Assembly (NCBI GenBank): GCA_964236955.1
Contig: CAXSGP010000102.1
Span: 1-16,110, forward strand
Direction: 5' to 3'
Length of the DNA: 16,110 bases
DNA from: an uncultured Oligoflexus sp.
Lineage (GTDB): Bacteria; Bdellovibrionota_B; Oligoflexia; Oligoflexales; Oligoflexaceae
Part shown: positions 16,059 to 16,110 of the stretch, piece by piece
How positions within the stretch are numbered: the stretch's first letter is position 1
Layout of the letters: the number at the start of each line of letters is the position of its first letter
Made by a program: the position numbers and the translations under genes
Notes under the pieces: model-generated
What the model was told of the DNA's origin: nothing
The model's database searches: none
What the model saw: the letters and a program-made list of their open reading frames with translations, nothing else

Positions 16059-16110
16059 TAGGGGCTGTTGACGTTTGAGATAAGTGATTGAAAAGTACAG
16101 GCAAACTCGT
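16059..16110 (+). mobile_element. Start of an IS5-family-like element (terminal IR at 16059-16077), truncated by the window end
   Basis: C|TAGGGGCTGTTGACGTTTG matches the reverse complement of 59-77 at 18/19. The CTAG/TA context is typical of IS5-family targets. Confidence 0.55.

Noticed and set aside
59..16077. The two IRs taken as the ends of one 16-kb transposon, and their exact 16,000-bp offset
   Set aside because: The TAGGGG termini face the interior genes, so the element bodies lie outside the window, and no transposase is inside. The round offset is treated as coincidence.
16068..16096. TTGACG as a host sigma-70 -35 box
   Set aside because: It is part of the IS-like IR and has no convincing -10 box at 17 nt. 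At most it is an element-internal promoter.

Overview
A 16.1-kb bacterial chromosomal segment of mostly core and signalling genes. The gene style suggests Bdellovibrionota/Oligoflexia or a related former deltaproteobacterial lineage, which is an inference only. In order, it holds a PAS-PAS hybrid histidine kinase with REC and Hpt domains, a divergently transcribed MCP plus divergent flagellin pair, an App1/DUF2183-like HAD phosphatase, an FKBP-type PPIase lipoprotein, nadB, pgsA, a 275-aa unknown, a membrane protein, a PfkB kinase, a small secreted protein, lepB, two small convergent unknown proteins and a stand-alone GlmU-like beta-helix acyltransferase. Six things stand out beyond the gene list. 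(1) Five sigma-28 (FliA)-type promoters, (C)TCAA-N15-GCCGA with exact 15-nt spacing, precede the MCP-flagellin operon and four uncharacterised genes but none of the housekeeping genes. (2) One of those unknown proteins looks by eye like a degenerate FtsZ/tubulin-fold protein. (3) A perfect head-to-tail dimer of a 127-bp palindromic MITE-like element sits at a stop codon. (4) Matching 19-bp IS5-like inverted repeats lie at both window edges. (5) The kinase probably starts at an ATT codon, which adds a transmembrane helix. (6) An NrtR-like palindrome lies upstream of nadB. All homology calls come from motif recognition by eye; no database search was run.
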